Source: an uncultured Latescibacterota bacterium (lineage in GTDB: Bacteria; Latescibacterota; UBA2968). Taken from it: a stretch of 64,000 nucleotides of DNA. The stretch covers positions 3,893,987-3,957,986 of the forward strand of contig OX638317.1 of NCBI GenBank assembly GCA_951812545.1. Direction: 5' to 3'. The translations under genes and the position numbers were made by a program. Below, piece by piece: positions 9,799 through 19,712 of this stretch; position 1 is the first letter of the stretch, and every line of letters begins with the position of its first letter. The notes under the pieces were generated by a model. The model searched no databases, was not told where the DNA came from, and saw only the letters and a list, made by a program, of their open reading frames with translations.

Positions 9799-9804
9799 GT
9801 GTTT

Positions 9805-11385
9805 TTAATACCCCACTGCCAGGCCATCCTTGCGGGGATCGGAAGCCGCGCAATAACCATCGTCCAGCTTATAAATGAGTTGGCCCCCGCCATATCCAAT
9901 AGCTGGCGGAATTTGGATATCGTGTCCGCGGGCGCGAAGATCGTCCAGCACACCCGCATCCACGCCAGGCTCAATCCCCACATTTGAGCCACCAAAAACC
10001 TGCCATCGGGGCGCATCGCACGCAGCCTGCGGATTTTGACCATAAGCAAAAATCCGAACCATCATCTGCGCGTGACCTTGCGGCTGCATATGCCCTCCCA
10101 TAACGCCAAATGACATCACGGGTTGGCCCTCTCGGGTCGCAAACGCCGGAATAATCGTATGATATGGTCGCTTGCCCCCATCCACGCGATTGGGATGGCC
10201 CTCTGTCAAAACAAAACCCGCGCCCCGGTTCTGCATGCTAATACCCGTATCCGGAATCACAATACCAGATCCAAAACCCATAAAATTGGACTGAATAAAC
10301 GAAACCATCATCCCATCTTCATCCGCCGCCGTGAGATAAACCGTATCCCCACGCGGCATGCCAAAAGTGGGCACCCCTGCCCTTTTCAGATCAATCAACC
10401 TCGCGCGCTGAGCCAGATAATCCGGATCGAGCAATTGCGCGAACTCAACATCCCGCGTATTCGGATCAGACACATACCTGTGCGTATCCGCATACGCCAA
10501 CTTCATCGCCTCAATCTGAAGATGCAAACTATCTGCCGAATCAACAGCATACCCGGACAAATCCCAATTCTCCAATATCCCCAGTGCAATAAGCGCCGCA
10601 ATACCCTGACCATTCGGCGGAATTTCGTGCAGCGTGTAATCCCCAAAACCCATTGTCATCGTATCCACCCAATCTGCCCGATGCTCCGATAGGTCTTCTT
10701 CTCTCATCGCGCCGCCAGTGCGTTTTGCATGCGCAGCGATCTTCTCTGCCAGATCGCCCGAATAGAACGCCTCTCCTCTTGTCTCCGCAATGCGCTCAAG
10801 CGTATGCGCCTGCGCTTCACACACAAATTTCTCCCCAATTTTGGGCGCGCGACCCTCCGGTGCAAAAGTCGCCATCCAATCGGGCATATCGCCGTAATTA
10901 TACACAGCCTGTGCCCAGCTATGTCCCGTAATAGGCGAAACCACAAAACCATTGCGGGCATAGTGAATCGCGGGTTCAAACAACGCCTCAAACGGCAACA
11001 CGCCAAACCGCTTTGAAACCTCGGCCCACGCCGAAACACAGCCGGGCACAGTCACAGCATCCCAACCCCGCTGGGGCATCTGAGCACGCGCTGCAAACAA
11101 TTCGGGCGACCACGCCTTTGGGGAACGCCCCGATGCGTTGAGACCATGTATTTGCTCACCATCCCACAAAATGCAAAACGCATCGCTACCTATACCATTC
11201 ATATTGGGTTCAACAACCGTAAGCGCCATAGCTGTCGCCAGAGCCGCATCTGCGGCATTGCCACCTTTGAGCAACATCTGCAACCCCGCCTGAGCAGCAA
11301 GCGGTTGAGAAGTCGCAACCACATTGCGCGCCATAACCGGCATGCGCTGTGAAGAATACGGAAAAGACCAGGATAATTCGGGCAT
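9805..11385 (-). CDS. ggt: Gamma-glutamyltransferase family protein
   Basis: GGNAADAALA, nucleophile DTVYLTAAD, RPYHTIIP, FGVMGGHMQPQG, SDPRKDG. Confidence 0.93.
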   Translation of the reverse strand: MPELSWSFPYSSQRMPVMARNVVATSQPLAAQAGLQMLLKGGNAADAALATAMALTVVEPNMNGIGSDAFCILWDGEQIHGLNASGRSPKAWSPELFAARAQMPQRGWDAVTVPGCVSAWAEVSKRFGVLPFEALFEPAIHYARNGFVVSPITGHSWAQAVYNYGDMPDWMATFAPEGRAPKIGEKFVCEAQAHTLERIAETRGEAFYSGDLAEKIAAHAKRTGGAMREEDLSEHRADWVDTMTMGFGDYTLHEIPPNGQGIAALIALGILENWDLSGYAVDSADSLHLQIEAMKLAYADTHRYVSDPNTRDVEFAQLLDPDYLAQRARLIDLKRAGVPTFGMPRGDTVYLTAADEDGMMVSFIQSNFMGFGSGIVIPDTGISMQNRGAGFVLTEGHPNRVDGGKRPYHTIIPAFATREGQPVMSFGVMGGHMQPQGHAQMMVRIFAYGQNPQAACDAPRWQVFGGSNVGIEPGVDAGVLDDLRARGHDIQIPPAIGYGGGQLIYKLDDGYCAASDPRKDGLAVGY

Positions 11386-11403
11386 AGATCTGCATCTCCT
11401 ATA

Positions 11404-11865
11404 TCAGTTCAAAGTAATTTCTTTTTTAATATCATTCATCAAATCATCGCCATCAACAGATTCGCGCAGCGGCTCTGTAAAATTGAGCCGATACCCATTG
11501 GGATCCATCACAATAACCTCTCGCGCATTCCACGGGCGATCGTGCGGACCGGAAATCTGGACATTGCCATCGCGCCGCACCCGTTCGGCAATCGCATCAA
11601 CCGACTCGCGCAACACCGTAAAATTAAGCGTAACACCCGCGCCTCGGGTGCTTGAGATCAAAATATTTGGACCCTCCTCCATCAAAATCAAATCCGCATG
11701 AGGCGCCCAGCGCAAATGCGACATAATCGGATCGCCATTGGCACCTGGCATCTGTGAAACCAGAGAAAAACCGAGCGTATCGCAATACCACCGTGTGGAT
11801 ATGTTGAGATCGTGAACCATCAGTGTTGTATAGGACGGCATCTGGTAGTCGAAATCGGATTCCAC
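11404..11865 (-). CDS. VOC-family (glyoxalase/bleomycin-resistance) protein
   Basis: WYCDTLGF, GPHDRPWNARE, MDPNGYRLNF. Confidence 0.88.
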   Translation of the reverse strand: MESDFDYQMPSYTTLMVHDLNISTRWYCDTLGFSLVSQMPGANGDPIMSHLRWAPHADLILMEEGPNILISSTRGAGVTLNFTVLRESVDAIAERVRRDGNVQISGPHDRPWNAREVIVMDPNGYRLNFTEPLRESVDGDDLMNDIKKEITLN

Positions 11866-11907
11866 CTTGCATGTCCTTTCTCCCCGAAGGGGTAGCTAAC
11901 CACCAAT

Positions 11908-11940
11908 AAAAAAACCCGCTGAAGCATCTTCAGCGGGTTC
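11908..11940 (-). terminator. Intrinsic terminator in the 5' leader of the VOC gene (attenuator)
   Basis: mRNA AACCCGCUGAAG-AUG-CUUCAGCGGGUU plus U-tract. Confidence 0.88.
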
Positions 11941-11973
11941 GTTTTTGCAAGACTATTATGTACTGTAAGTCTA

Positions 11974-12153
11974 TCATCTCATTTTGAACCCGCCAATAAT
12001 ATTTTTGTCATTACCCGTGAAAACCGCGAGATTCGATCCACCATCCGGGCACACATGGTCAGTAGCACGGACAAATGACATCTGCGCAGTTGCACTGATA
12101 GCGCAGCTATCCATCATCTGTTGGGTATTATTCTGGTGGGTTACAAAAATCAT
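11974..12153 (-). CDS. Putative 59-aa leader uORF (MIFVTHQNN...GNDKNIIGGFKMR)
   Basis: Lies between a sigma70-like promoter and the terminator. Its 3' end GGCGGGUUC (11994-11986) pairs with the terminator 5' arm GAACCCGCU. Confidence 0.55.
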   Translation of the reverse strand: MIFVTHQNNTQQMMDSCAISATAQMSFVRATDHVCPDGGSNLAVFTGNDKNIIGGFKMR

Positions 12154-12194
12154 ATTACTCTCACTATATCTGCGAATAAAACTGAACGGTGCAG

Positions 12195-12223
12195 AAGATA
12201 TATCGGGGACAAAGTAAAGTCAA
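12195..12223 (-). promoter_or_regulatory. Sigma70-type promoter
   Basis: TTGACT-N17-TATCTT. Confidence 0.6.
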
Positions 12224-12281
12224 GCGGGTTTTTTGTGTTGGAAATGGATATAATCTTCAGCGCAAAAAAGTACCAGTCTGA

Positions 12282-12465
12282 ACGTGATGTGTGACTTTAA
12301 AAGTAAATGTGCTACTACACCCTGTCATGCTGAGGAAGCCGATAGGCTGACGAAGCATCTGTTACCCATGCAGACTGTTGAGGCAGCAGATTCTTCGACT
12401 CCGCTACGCTCCGCTCAGAATGACAGTGCTCATTTGACCTCTGATCTTGAAGTCACACATGACGT
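12282..12465. mobile_element. MITE family A, copy 2
   Basis: TIRs ACGTGATGTGTGACTT / AAGTCACACATGACGT; 9-bp TSD CCAGTCTGA; highly similar to 4306-4488. Confidence 0.9.
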
Positions 12466-12485
12466 CCAGTCTGACAAAAATATAA

Positions 12486-12752
12486 CTACCTCTCCATGAG
12501 TTCAAACGACAACTTTGGGCGGTAACCAAGAGCCTCCAGCATGGACCGTGCATCTTCCCATGTCAAGCCGAAGGCAGCGACATCTGAAACACCCAACTTC
12601 GCGACAATATCGCGAATCAGCGGTAAATCTCTATCCTCAAACTCACCTTCCATCATCGCATCTTCAGCCCAGGACACAAGTGACTCAAGCGAAAGTTGTC
12701 CGTTGAGATAAAGTTTTAAGCGATCAGCCAAAACATCTCTCGTAATATTCAT
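12486..12752 (-). CDS. Small hypothetical protein (88 aa, MNITRDVLADRLKLYL...)
   Basis: Protein-like composition only from ATG 12752; the longer ORF-track start runs through a repeat. Confidence 0.65.
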   Translation of the reverse strand: MNITRDVLADRLKLYLNGQLSLESLVSWAEDAMMEGEFEDRDLPLIRDIVAKLGVSDVAAFGLTWEDARSMLEALGYRPKLSFELMER

Positions 12753-12978
12753 GATTGATCCTTTACCTGTTGATGCCCTGTATCCTCTGGAAATATGGTA
12801 CGGTATAGCAAGCCGAAAGTCAAAGCCTACTAATGCATCGTGGCGTAAGTCATGCCCCATATAGACATGAACAGCAAAACCTTCTGGATTACTGGCGTTG
12901 TGCTTGCGCGTGGCGGCTAAAACCATGCCGCAATGACATAAGATTGATATGCTCAATCTTTTTGCCGCGATAAACTAA

Positions 12979-13764
12979 TTAGCCGGGAGGCTTTCGATGA
13001 AAAATGAGATCCGCAAACGCGCCCGTCACCTTACTACCCGTATTATCCGAGTCAGACATAAGGTACACGCGCACAATCTCTGCGGGTTCTTCATCGGGAT
13101 AAAAGCGCTTGAAATCCCTGTAAAAATTGCGCGACTCCCCGACCCATTGGTTCACATTTTGATCCCCGCTCTCGGCAACAATGCGGTACCACTTAAACTT
13201 GAAAAATCCCAGAACAGACGTCACCTGTGTCAGCGAGGTCTCTTCGGGTATAGTCCGCGTCCAGAGATAGGCAATCTCCCGCAACTTTCCTTTGGTATTG
13301 AGAACAGAAATACCGATCTTCGCTGCAAAATCATCGCCCGATTTCTGAATCTTGCCTTTGTGATCTGCCGTATCACTATCATCAATCGTATTGCTGACCC
13401 GCCAGCGCCAGGAGATATGCTGATACTCAGTCGCAGATATGAGATCGTACTGCCCCTGCGCCTGTTTGAGGACATCCTTCCCAAATCCCCTGGGCGGCCG
13501 ATCACACCGCCTGATCCAATCCTCACTGCGATCAACAGCCAACGCCGTGCCATTCTTCGTCGGCACCTGCCAGAAAAGTGCCGCCGCATGATCGCTGCGA
13601 ATCGCAAACACCCCATCTCGATGTTGCCCCGTAACATTCTCACCGCAATCGTCCCAATCGCGCCGCAGCCAATCGCCCCCCATATCCACGGCAACGCGAT
13701 CCTGCGCTTGCACAACACCTGAAAAAACAAAAAAGCCTATAATCAAAAAAATATTACGAATCAT
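12979..13764 (-). CDS. DUF3047-like exported protein
   Basis: Signal peptide; ISWRWRV, GDDFAAKI, MSDSDNTG motifs. Confidence 0.8.
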   Translation of the reverse strand: MIRNIFLIIGFFVFSGVVQAQDRVAVDMGGDWLRRDWDDCGENVTGQHRDGVFAIRSDHAAALFWQVPTKNGTALAVDRSEDWIRRCDRPPRGFGKDVLKQAQGQYDLISATEYQHISWRWRVSNTIDDSDTADHKGKIQKSGDDFAAKIGISVLNTKGKLREIAYLWTRTIPEETSLTQVTSVLGFFKFKWYRIVAESGDQNVNQWVGESRNFYRDFKRFYPDEEPAEIVRVYLMSDSDNTGSKVTGAFADLIFHRKPPG

Positions 13765-13912
13765 AGCCGCCCTTTATTGAAATATTGAAAGCCGATTAGA
13801 ACCACTCTTCGCATGTGAATCAAATTCACACCTGTAGCGAAAACACCACATGCAAGCGCGGTTTTAGCAGGATTTTATTCATTATACGCACAAATGCAAT
13901 TTTCATACCAAT

Positions 13913-13946
13913 AAAAAAGCGCGACGGGAAAAAACCCGCCGCGCTT
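13913..13946 (-). terminator. Intrinsic terminator downstream of the Spy-like gene
   Basis: AAGCGCG(A)CGGG/CCCG(C)CGCGCTT hairpin with an A-tract on the + strand. Confidence 0.65.
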
Positions 13947-13964
13947 ATGTGTTTAAATGATAAA

Positions 13965-14118
13965 CTGACATTACACAGATCTGTGGTTTTGTCATGCTGA
14001 GCGGAGTGGAACGGAGCCGAAGCATCTGTTCCACCTGCGTTGGTAGTAGATTTTTCGACTCCGCTGCGCTCCGCTCAAAATGACAGGTCCATGATATTAT
14101 GCAGGTGCGTAACATCAG
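13965..14118. mobile_element. MITE family B carrying a REP doublet
   Basis: Imperfect TIRs CTGACATTACACA / TGCGTAACATCAG; flanking direct repeat TGATAAA; same internal TGTCATGCTGAG...GAAGCATCT doublet. Confidence 0.78.
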
Positions 14119-14152
14119 TGATAAACTAAAAACTGGATTACTACTTTATGCA

Positions 14153-14812
14153 CTACATCTCTGATGACTCTTCACTGTGGTGTTCGGACTTCTCTTTCAT
14201 CTCGGACTTCTCCTCCGTCTCAGATTCCTTTTTCATCTGATCGCGATCTCCCCCACGGCGACCACGGAACCAGCCGCGTCCTCTGAACCGGGGACCATCA
14301 TCATCTCTGAAACCCGGACCACGGCCTCTAAATCCATGTCCGCCGCGACCCCTGAAACCCGGACCACCGCGACCTCTAAAACCCGGTCCCCCGCGACCAC
14401 CTCGTTTGCCGCGCATCTCACCGAGCTTCTCCTTTTGTTCAACAGTCAGCAAATTTTTAACATCCATACTGTGCTGAATCTCGCGCGCCATAATTTTCCC
14501 CTGCGCCGCCGTCACCGCATCGACCTTAGCCTGAATATCCGAAGCCGATGGACTGTCCTGCCTCCGAATCACACCCAAATCGATCCGCGCCTTTTGATGT
14601 GCCGCGCGCAAATCGACCATCGCCTTTTGATGGGCAGAACGCAGATCAGACATCTTTTCCTTCTGCTCATCCGTCAATTCCAGCGCCGCCATACCACCGC
14701 GCATACCTCGACGTTTGCCCCTCTGGGCGTCTGCCTGTTTCACAAAAGCAACACTTCCAATAACGCCAATCACAAAAACACCGATAACTGCGTAGATAAT
14801 TTTGCGTTTCAT
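14153..14812 (-). CDS. Spy/CpxP-family periplasmic protein with RG-rich low-complexity tail
   Basis: Signal peptide, LELTDEQK and LLTVEQK (LTxxQ) motifs; repeated GRGGPGFR. Confidence 0.85.
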   Translation of the reverse strand: MKRKIIYAVIGVFVIGVIGSVAFVKQADAQRGKRRGMRGGMAALELTDEQKEKMSDLRSAHQKAMVDLRAAHQKARIDLGVIRRQDSPSASDIQAKVDAVTAAQGKIMAREIQHSMDVKNLLTVEQKEKLGEMRGKRGGRGGPGFRGRGGPGFRGRGGHGFRGRGPGFRDDDGPRFRGRGWFRGRRGGDRDQMKKESETEEKSEMKEKSEHHSEESSEM

Positions 14813-14943
14813 GACATTTACTCCTTTTAATTAAACAGCAGCAGAGAGCGAGGGAATTTCCCCGAATACTATCTGCCCGTGATAAAAAATCGAACAACCC
14901 TCGGCTGTGTTCAGGCCGGCGTCTGCTCACAACGCGAAAGTCA

Positions 14944-15375
14944 TTATGGTGGCCCTCGGCGGGGACCGGGTGGACGGTCTCCCGGGGGACCTCGGCGGCC
15001 GCCACCTCGGCCGCGGAATCCTTGACGTCTGTGTTTTTCCTCAAATTTTGCAAACTGCTCAGGCGTGAGAATCGTCTTCAACTTCTCGCGCAATTTCTGC
15101 TCCTGAGACCGCATATCTTCGCCAATCTGTCGGCGCATCGTATCAATCTCGCGCCGATATTCCTGGAATACATCCCGCACAGCGCTCTTTTGCTCATCCG
15201 ACAGGGCGAGATCATGACCCATTCGCTCAATCAGGCGATTGTAGTCATAAGGACGCCCACGCGGACCTGGCTGACGCAAAAATCTACGATCGGCAACAAC
15301 GCCACACACCAGTCCCAGAGCAAAAATACCCAGAAAAAAAAGAATAGCTTGTGTGCGAGGAGAAAAAGAAATCAT
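14944..15375 (-). CDS. Membrane-anchored Spy/CpxP-like (periplasmic heavy-metal-sensor) protein
   Basis: N-terminal TM; LALSDEQK and ILTPEQ motifs. Confidence 0.8.
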   Translation of the reverse strand: MISFSPRTQAILFFLGIFALGLVCGVVADRRFLRQPGPRGRPYDYNRLIERMGHDLALSDEQKSAVRDVFQEYRREIDTMRRQIGEDMRSQEQKLREKLKTILTPEQFAKFEEKHRRQGFRGRGGGRRGPPGDRPPGPRRGPP

Positions 15376-15396
15376 GACAAATCCTTTTGCGGTCGT

Positions 15397-15795
15397 TTAC
15401 TCCGGATAGATAATCAGGCTATCGGGTTGCACCTCTGACAGCACCATCTCGGTTTGCGAATCAAAATAATCCGACACCGTATTTGCCTCGGTATCTCCAT
15501 TATCTATTAACACCATAAAAATAACAGCAGCGGCAGCGGCCAATGGCACGAGGCGTTTACCCGCCCACACCAGGCTATTCCATAAACTCTCTTCCCGAAT
15601 CTGTGCCTGAACGCCATCCCACAATCCCGGCGAAGGCTCCATCGGACGCTGACTCAGGCGTCTCTGCACATGGCGAAGCAAATCGTATTCCGCGCGAAAC
15701 TCAGCATCCTCTGCGATCCGCGCTTCAATTTCGCGCGCGTGCTCCGCAGACAAATTACCATCTACATAGAGCAACAATTTATCGCGATCAGTCAT
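15397..15795 (-). CDS. Anti-sigma factor
   Basis: LLLYVDGNLS N-terminal ASD-like segment plus one TM; overlaps the sigma gene. Confidence 0.8.
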   Translation of the reverse strand: MTDRDKLLLYVDGNLSAEHAREIEARIAEDAEFRAEYDLLRHVQRRLSQRPMEPSPGLWDGVQAQIREESLWNSLVWAGKRLVPLAAAAAVIFMVLIDNGDTEANTVSDYFDSQTEMVLSEVQPDSLIIYPE

Positions 15796-16384
15796 ATTCC
15801 ACTCCTTGCCATTCGCGGTATAGCGGCATAAGCAACTCGCGTAAACGCGCCCGTGCCCGCGAAAGCCTCGATTTAACAGTGCCTACAGAAACATCCAGAA
15901 CATCGGCAATTTCTTCTTGAGAAAGATCCTCTATATCCTTGAGAACCACCACCGCGCGATGATCGGGCGACAGGTGATCGAGCACCTTCTGAATCTCCTC
16001 GCGCAAACCAATGCGCTCAATATCATTCTGCGGTTCATCCGTACCCAAAAACCGATCCAGTGCTATATCGCTCGCCTCTTGCATCCCCTCGATAGAAACG
16101 CGATCGGGCCGCCGTTGCTCGCGCTGGGCAAACGTGAGACAAACATTGGTGGTAATGCGATACAAATACGTGTAAAAACTCGACCGACCTTCAAACTTTC
16201 CCAGTGCTTTATACACTCTAATAAACGCCTCTTGCGCTGCATCCTGTGCCATTTCACTATCGCCGAGAATTGAACATGCCAGACCGTAAATTCGGTCTTC
16301 ATAACGTTCAACCAACTGGCGGAAAGCCTGCACATCGCCCTTTTGGCATTGACGAATCAGATCCCGTTCTTCAAAATTAGCCAC
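15788..16384 (-). CDS. ECF (RpoE-like) sigma-70 factor
   Basis: AQDAAQEAFIRVY, SSFYTYLYRI, EEIADVLDVSVGTVKSRLSRAR. Confidence 0.95.
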   Translation of the reverse strand: MANFEERDLIRQCQKGDVQAFRQLVERYEDRIYGLACSILGDSEMAQDAAQEAFIRVYKALGKFEGRSSFYTYLYRITTNVCLTFAQREQRRPDRVSIEGMQEASDIALDRFLGTDEPQNDIERIGLREEIQKVLDHLSPDHRAVVVLKDIEDLSQEEIADVLDVSVGTVKSRLSRARARLRELLMPLYREWQGVEYD

Positions 16385-16462
16385 GTTATCTTTTTCCTAT
16401 AGCAGCCATCCGTTGTAGGGTATGACTACGCCATGCTGCGCGTGCGCCTGTGCGTCTATCCG

Positions 16463-16501
16463 TTTCGCAGGATTAGACCACGAGATCAATTCTCGCGTTC
16501 C
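16463..16501 (-). promoter_or_regulatory. Putative autoregulatory ECF promoter
   Basis: GGAAC-N18-GTCTAA, ~80 bp upstream of the sigma gene and just downstream of the ilvB terminator. Confidence 0.7.
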
Positions 16502-16510
16502 CTATAAAAT

Positions 16511-16545
16511 AAAAAAATGGACATCGCTCAAAGCAATGTCCATTT
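16511..16545 (-). terminator. ilvB terminator
   Basis: AAATGGACATCGC/GCAATGTCCATTT hairpin with an A-tract on the + strand. Confidence 0.8.
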
Positions 16546-16561
16546 CCGGCGGCATAGATGC

Positions 16562-18337
16562 TTACTCCGTAATAATATCGGCAAACGTCATACCCGAAGG
16601 AATCATGGGCAGCACATGTTCTTGATACGGCACAACCACATCGAGCAAATAGGGACCATTAGAAGAAATCATGCGATCAATAGCCGGCACGAGATCCTCC
16701 TTGCGTTCTGCCCGTTCAGCTGGCACGCGAAAACCCTTTGCTATCGTCACATAATCGGGAAAAATCGCGTGACTCGGCGGAATACTCATATCTTCATGCG
16801 CCTGCGCCGCTTCCGGATCACCAATAAACGTATGCCCGCGATTGCTCTTGTAAAAACGGTCCTCCCATTGCACCACCATGCCCAGATGCTGATTGTTGAG
16901 AATCATAGTCTTAACGGGAATTTTCTCCGCATACAGCGTCGCCAACTCCTGTACATTCATCGCAAAACTGCCATCGCCATCAATATCAATAACAAGCGCA
17001 TCGGGAAACGCCAGTTGCGCCCCCAGCGCAGCGGGCAAACCAAAACCCATCGCCCCCAAACCGCCCGACGTAAGCCAACGGCGCGGCTCATCAAAAGGAT
17101 AAAATTGCGCCGCCCACATCTGATGTTGCCCCACCCCTGTGGATATAATAGCCTTCCCCTGCGTCATCTTATAGAGCGTCTCAATCGCATACTGGGGCAA
17201 AATAACATCTTCCACATCCTTGTAATTGAAGGGATATTTCTCGCGCCACGTTTCAATCTCATCACGCCAGACCTGATAGTCACCCGGCACAACAATACTG
17301 TTTAGCTCTTGCAAGGCATATTTAATATCGCTCACAATCGGCAAATGGGCGACCTTGTTTTTATTAATCTCAGAAGGATCAATATCGATATGCACAATGC
17401 GACCGTGTTTGCAAAACTCCTCCAGCTTACCCGTCACCCGGTCATCAAAACGCACCCCAAATGCCAGCAACAAATCGGCGTGATTGATCGCGTAATTGGC
17501 GTAAACCGACCCGTGCATCCCCAGCATTTGCAAAGACTGGGGATCTGTTTGCGGAAAAACGCCCAACCCCATCAATGTCTGTGCCACGGGAATATGTGTT
17601 TTTTTCGCAAACTCGCGAAGTTCTTCCGACGCTCCGGAAGTCACAATCCCCCCGCCAGCATAAATAAGCGGGCGTTTGGATTCTAAAAGTGCCTGGGCAA
17701 CCTCTTGAATTTGCGCCCGGCTGGCGTGCAAACGCCTGGGATTATAGCTGCGAATAGCAACCGTCTCTGGAAAATCGGGCACACAAACACTTTGCTGCAC
17801 ATTTTTGGGAATATCGATCAGCACAGGACCGGGCCGCCCAGAAGAGGCAACGTAAAATGCCTCTTTGACAACGCGGGGAATGTCTTCAATGCGATCTACA
17901 AGATAATTGTGCTTGGTAATCTGCCGCGTAACTTCAATAATCGGGGTCTCTTGAAACGCATCGCGACCAATAACAGCAGTAGAGACCTGACCCGTAATGG
18001 CAACAAGCGGCACAGAGTCCATTTTGGCATCTGCCAGCCCCGTGACCAGATTGGTAGCACCTGGTCCAGAAGTTGCCATACACACGCCGACTTTGCCCGA
18101 GGCTTTGGCATATCCCTCAGCCGCAAAAATTTCGCCCTGTTCGTGCCGGCACAACACAACCTGGATATTGGAGCGCGTGAGGGACTGATGCATTTCCATA
18201 CTGGCCCCTCCGGGATAGCCAAAGAGAACTTCGACCCCCTCGCGGATGAGACATTCAACCAGAATATCGGCACCGCTCATTTCGCCAGAGGTAGTTGTGC
18301 CATTGCCGGATGCCGGCATCTGGGATTTGCTCGCCAT
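16562..18337 (-). CDS. ilvB: Acetolactate synthase large subunit
   Basis: [27 protein letters not shown]...NNQHLGMV; likely start ATG 18337 with GGAG RBS. Confidence 0.96.
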   Translation of the reverse strand: MASKSQMPASGNGTTTSGEMSGADILVECLIREGVEVLFGYPGGASMEMHQSLTRSNIQVVLCRHEQGEIFAAEGYAKASGKVGVCMATSGPGATNLVTGLADAKMDSVPLVAITGQVSTAVIGRDAFQETPIIEVTRQITKHNYLVDRIEDIPRVVKEAFYVASSGRPGPVLIDIPKNVQQSVCVPDFPETVAIRSYNPRRLHASRAQIQEVAQALLESKRPLIYAGGGIVTSGASEELREFAKKTHIPVAQTLMGLGVFPQTDPQSLQMLGMHGSVYANYAINHADLLLAFGVRFDDRVTGKLEEFCKHGRIVHIDIDPSEINKNKVAHLPIVSDIKYALQELNSIVVPGDYQVWRDEIETWREKYPFNYKDVEDVILPQYAIETLYKMTQGKAIISTGVGQHQMWAAQFYPFDEPRRWLTSGGLGAMGFGLPAALGAQLAFPDALVIDIDGDGSFAMNVQELATLYAEKIPVKTMILNNQHLGMVVQWEDRFYKSNRGHTFIGDPEAAQAHEDMSIPPSHAIFPDYVTIAKGFRVPAERAERKEDLVPAIDRMISSNGPYLLDVVVPYQEHVLPMIPSGMTFADIITE

Positions 18338-18391
18338 TGCAAAAATCTCCTTGAGATAGAAGCACACCTGCGCGTGCGTCCTTTGTCAGAC

Positions 18392-18426
18392 AAAAAAAAA
18401 CCGCCATTGCATTGTAGCGATGACGG
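18392..18426 (-). terminator. Terminator of the ilv attenuator
   Basis: mRNA CCGUCAUCGC-loop-GCAAUGGCGG followed by U9. Confidence 0.85.
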
Positions 18427-18461
18427 GATTAAAATGTTTTTGTGATACAATAATCCCACCA

Positions 18462-18542
18462 TCACATAGGTACAAGTACTACAACACGGCCTACAACAGC
18501 CGTTGTAATTGCAATGTGGGATGTGGTAATCTGATGTGTCAT
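18462..18542 (-). CDS. ilv leader peptide MTHQITTSHIAITTAVVGRVVVLVPM
   Basis: Ile/Val/Leu/Thr-rich; antiterminator UGAUGGUGGGAUUA pairs with UAAUCCCGUCAUCG. Confidence 0.88.
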   Translation of the reverse strand: MTHQITTSHIAITTAVVGRVVVLVPM

Positions 18543-18572
18543 AACTCTGTGCTCTCTTTCAGTGAGAAAGAT

Positions 18573-18601
18573 AAAATACAGGCTTAGTACAATTCTGTCA
18601 A
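18573..18601 (-). promoter_or_regulatory. Sigma70 promoter of the ilv leader
   Basis: TTGACA-N17-TATTTT. Confidence 0.7.
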
Positions 18602-18736
18602 GCTAAAGGTAAGACGTAAAAGGTGAGACGACCCCCTACCCCTTCTGGATTACTGGCGTTAATGACGGTTGCCTTTCGAGGCAGGAATGCCGCTCCTGCG
18701 ACTTAATTTTCTCCCTTCATCCTTCACACTTGCCTT

Positions 18737-19498
18737 TCACTCACCCATCATATTAATCTGATCTCGAAGCTCGGCAGCGCGTTCAAACTCTTCGTTGTCA
18801 ATCGCTTCGAGTAATTCTTTTTTCAGGCGTTCAGATTCCGTGAGAGGGCGCTGTTGCTCGAGTTCGTCGAGCAATTCGTGCAGAGATTCGACAGAGCGTT
18901 TTTTTTCAACAGCAAATTCTTCTGCTTCTACTTCTTCCAGATTTTCGATCTTGTCGAGCGCATCTCGAATAATTTGGATGCCCTTGGTAAAATCGTTCTC
19001 TTGCGATGCAATCATCACGCGCGCAATCGCGTGGATTCGCAAAACATAAGGCCACCATTTTTCGAGATTGAGACGGTCATCTTCCGCGGCAGCGTATTGG
19101 TTGACAAAACGAAATAGCTCCATGTTGCGCTGTGTATCGCGAATAACGCGGTCATAGTCTCGTATTTGGAGCAAAAAAACATATCGCTCGTAGAGCAGTC
19201 GGCTCTCATCAAACAGTTCACGGCAGTGCGCCTTTTTCAGTGAAAAACCATCAGATGCACCGTGTTTTTCGATAAAACGACGCAGCCTACCGGTAAAATG
19301 ATCCAGAACAAACGCGCTATTGTGCGGTCTGCGCCCATCGGGACGCCCATCGAGTTCCATCTGTAGAATGCCTTGAAATGGACCTTGATCTATGCGTACC
19401 TGAATTTTTTCAACGCCTTTGGACGAGAAAATTTTGCGAATGCTGTTTTTTGGGTCATACGGCCAGTGGTTCAGCAAAGGGCCTATATCTTCGGTCAT
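18737..19498 (-). CDS. UvrB/UvrC-motif-containing protein
   Basis: C-terminal AIDNEEFERAAELRDQI (UVR motif); likely start ATG 19498. Confidence 0.8.
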   Translation of the reverse strand: MTEDIGPLLNHWPYDPKNSIRKIFSSKGVEKIQVRIDQGPFQGILQMELDGRPDGRRPHNSAFVLDHFTGRLRRFIEKHGASDGFSLKKAHCRELFDESRLLYERYVFLLQIRDYDRVIRDTQRNMELFRFVNQYAAAEDDRLNLEKWWPYVLRIHAIARVMIASQENDFTKGIQIIRDALDKIENLEEVEAEEFAVEKKRSVESLHELLDELEQQRPLTESERLKKELLEAIDNEEFERAAELRDQINMMGE

Positions 19499-19712
19499 GG
19501 CAACTCCCCTGCGTGTGTGACACATCCCTTGAACTGCTGACGGCGGCATGCTCGACACAATACCCAAACCTATCGCGCGATAGGTTTCAATCTAATTGCA
19601 TTTAAGAGCAGACGCAAGTATCATGTAGAGCGCGTAGCGTTCCCTCTACAGATCACGTCTCACTATCTTGAACGTCTCACTGCCTTTAACGTCTCATCTA
19701 CAAAAGGAAAAA

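Noticed and set aside
6203-11865. Antibiotic biosynthesis or self-resistance cluster (extra AspRS with MFS and methyltransferase)
   Set aside because: There are no biosynthetic core genes, and the Asn/Asp attenuator points to a housekeeping role. I cannot tell from this window whether a second aspS exists.
12753-12956. N-terminal extension of the 156-aa ORF
   Set aside because: It reads through a REP variant; the protein-like part begins at ATG 12752.
19600-19712. Purine or xanthine riboswitch upstream of the NCS2 permease
   Set aside because: Only a TGTAGAG/CTCTACA hairpin and three ACGTCTCA repeats are visible. I could not find the conserved aptamer core or a terminator.
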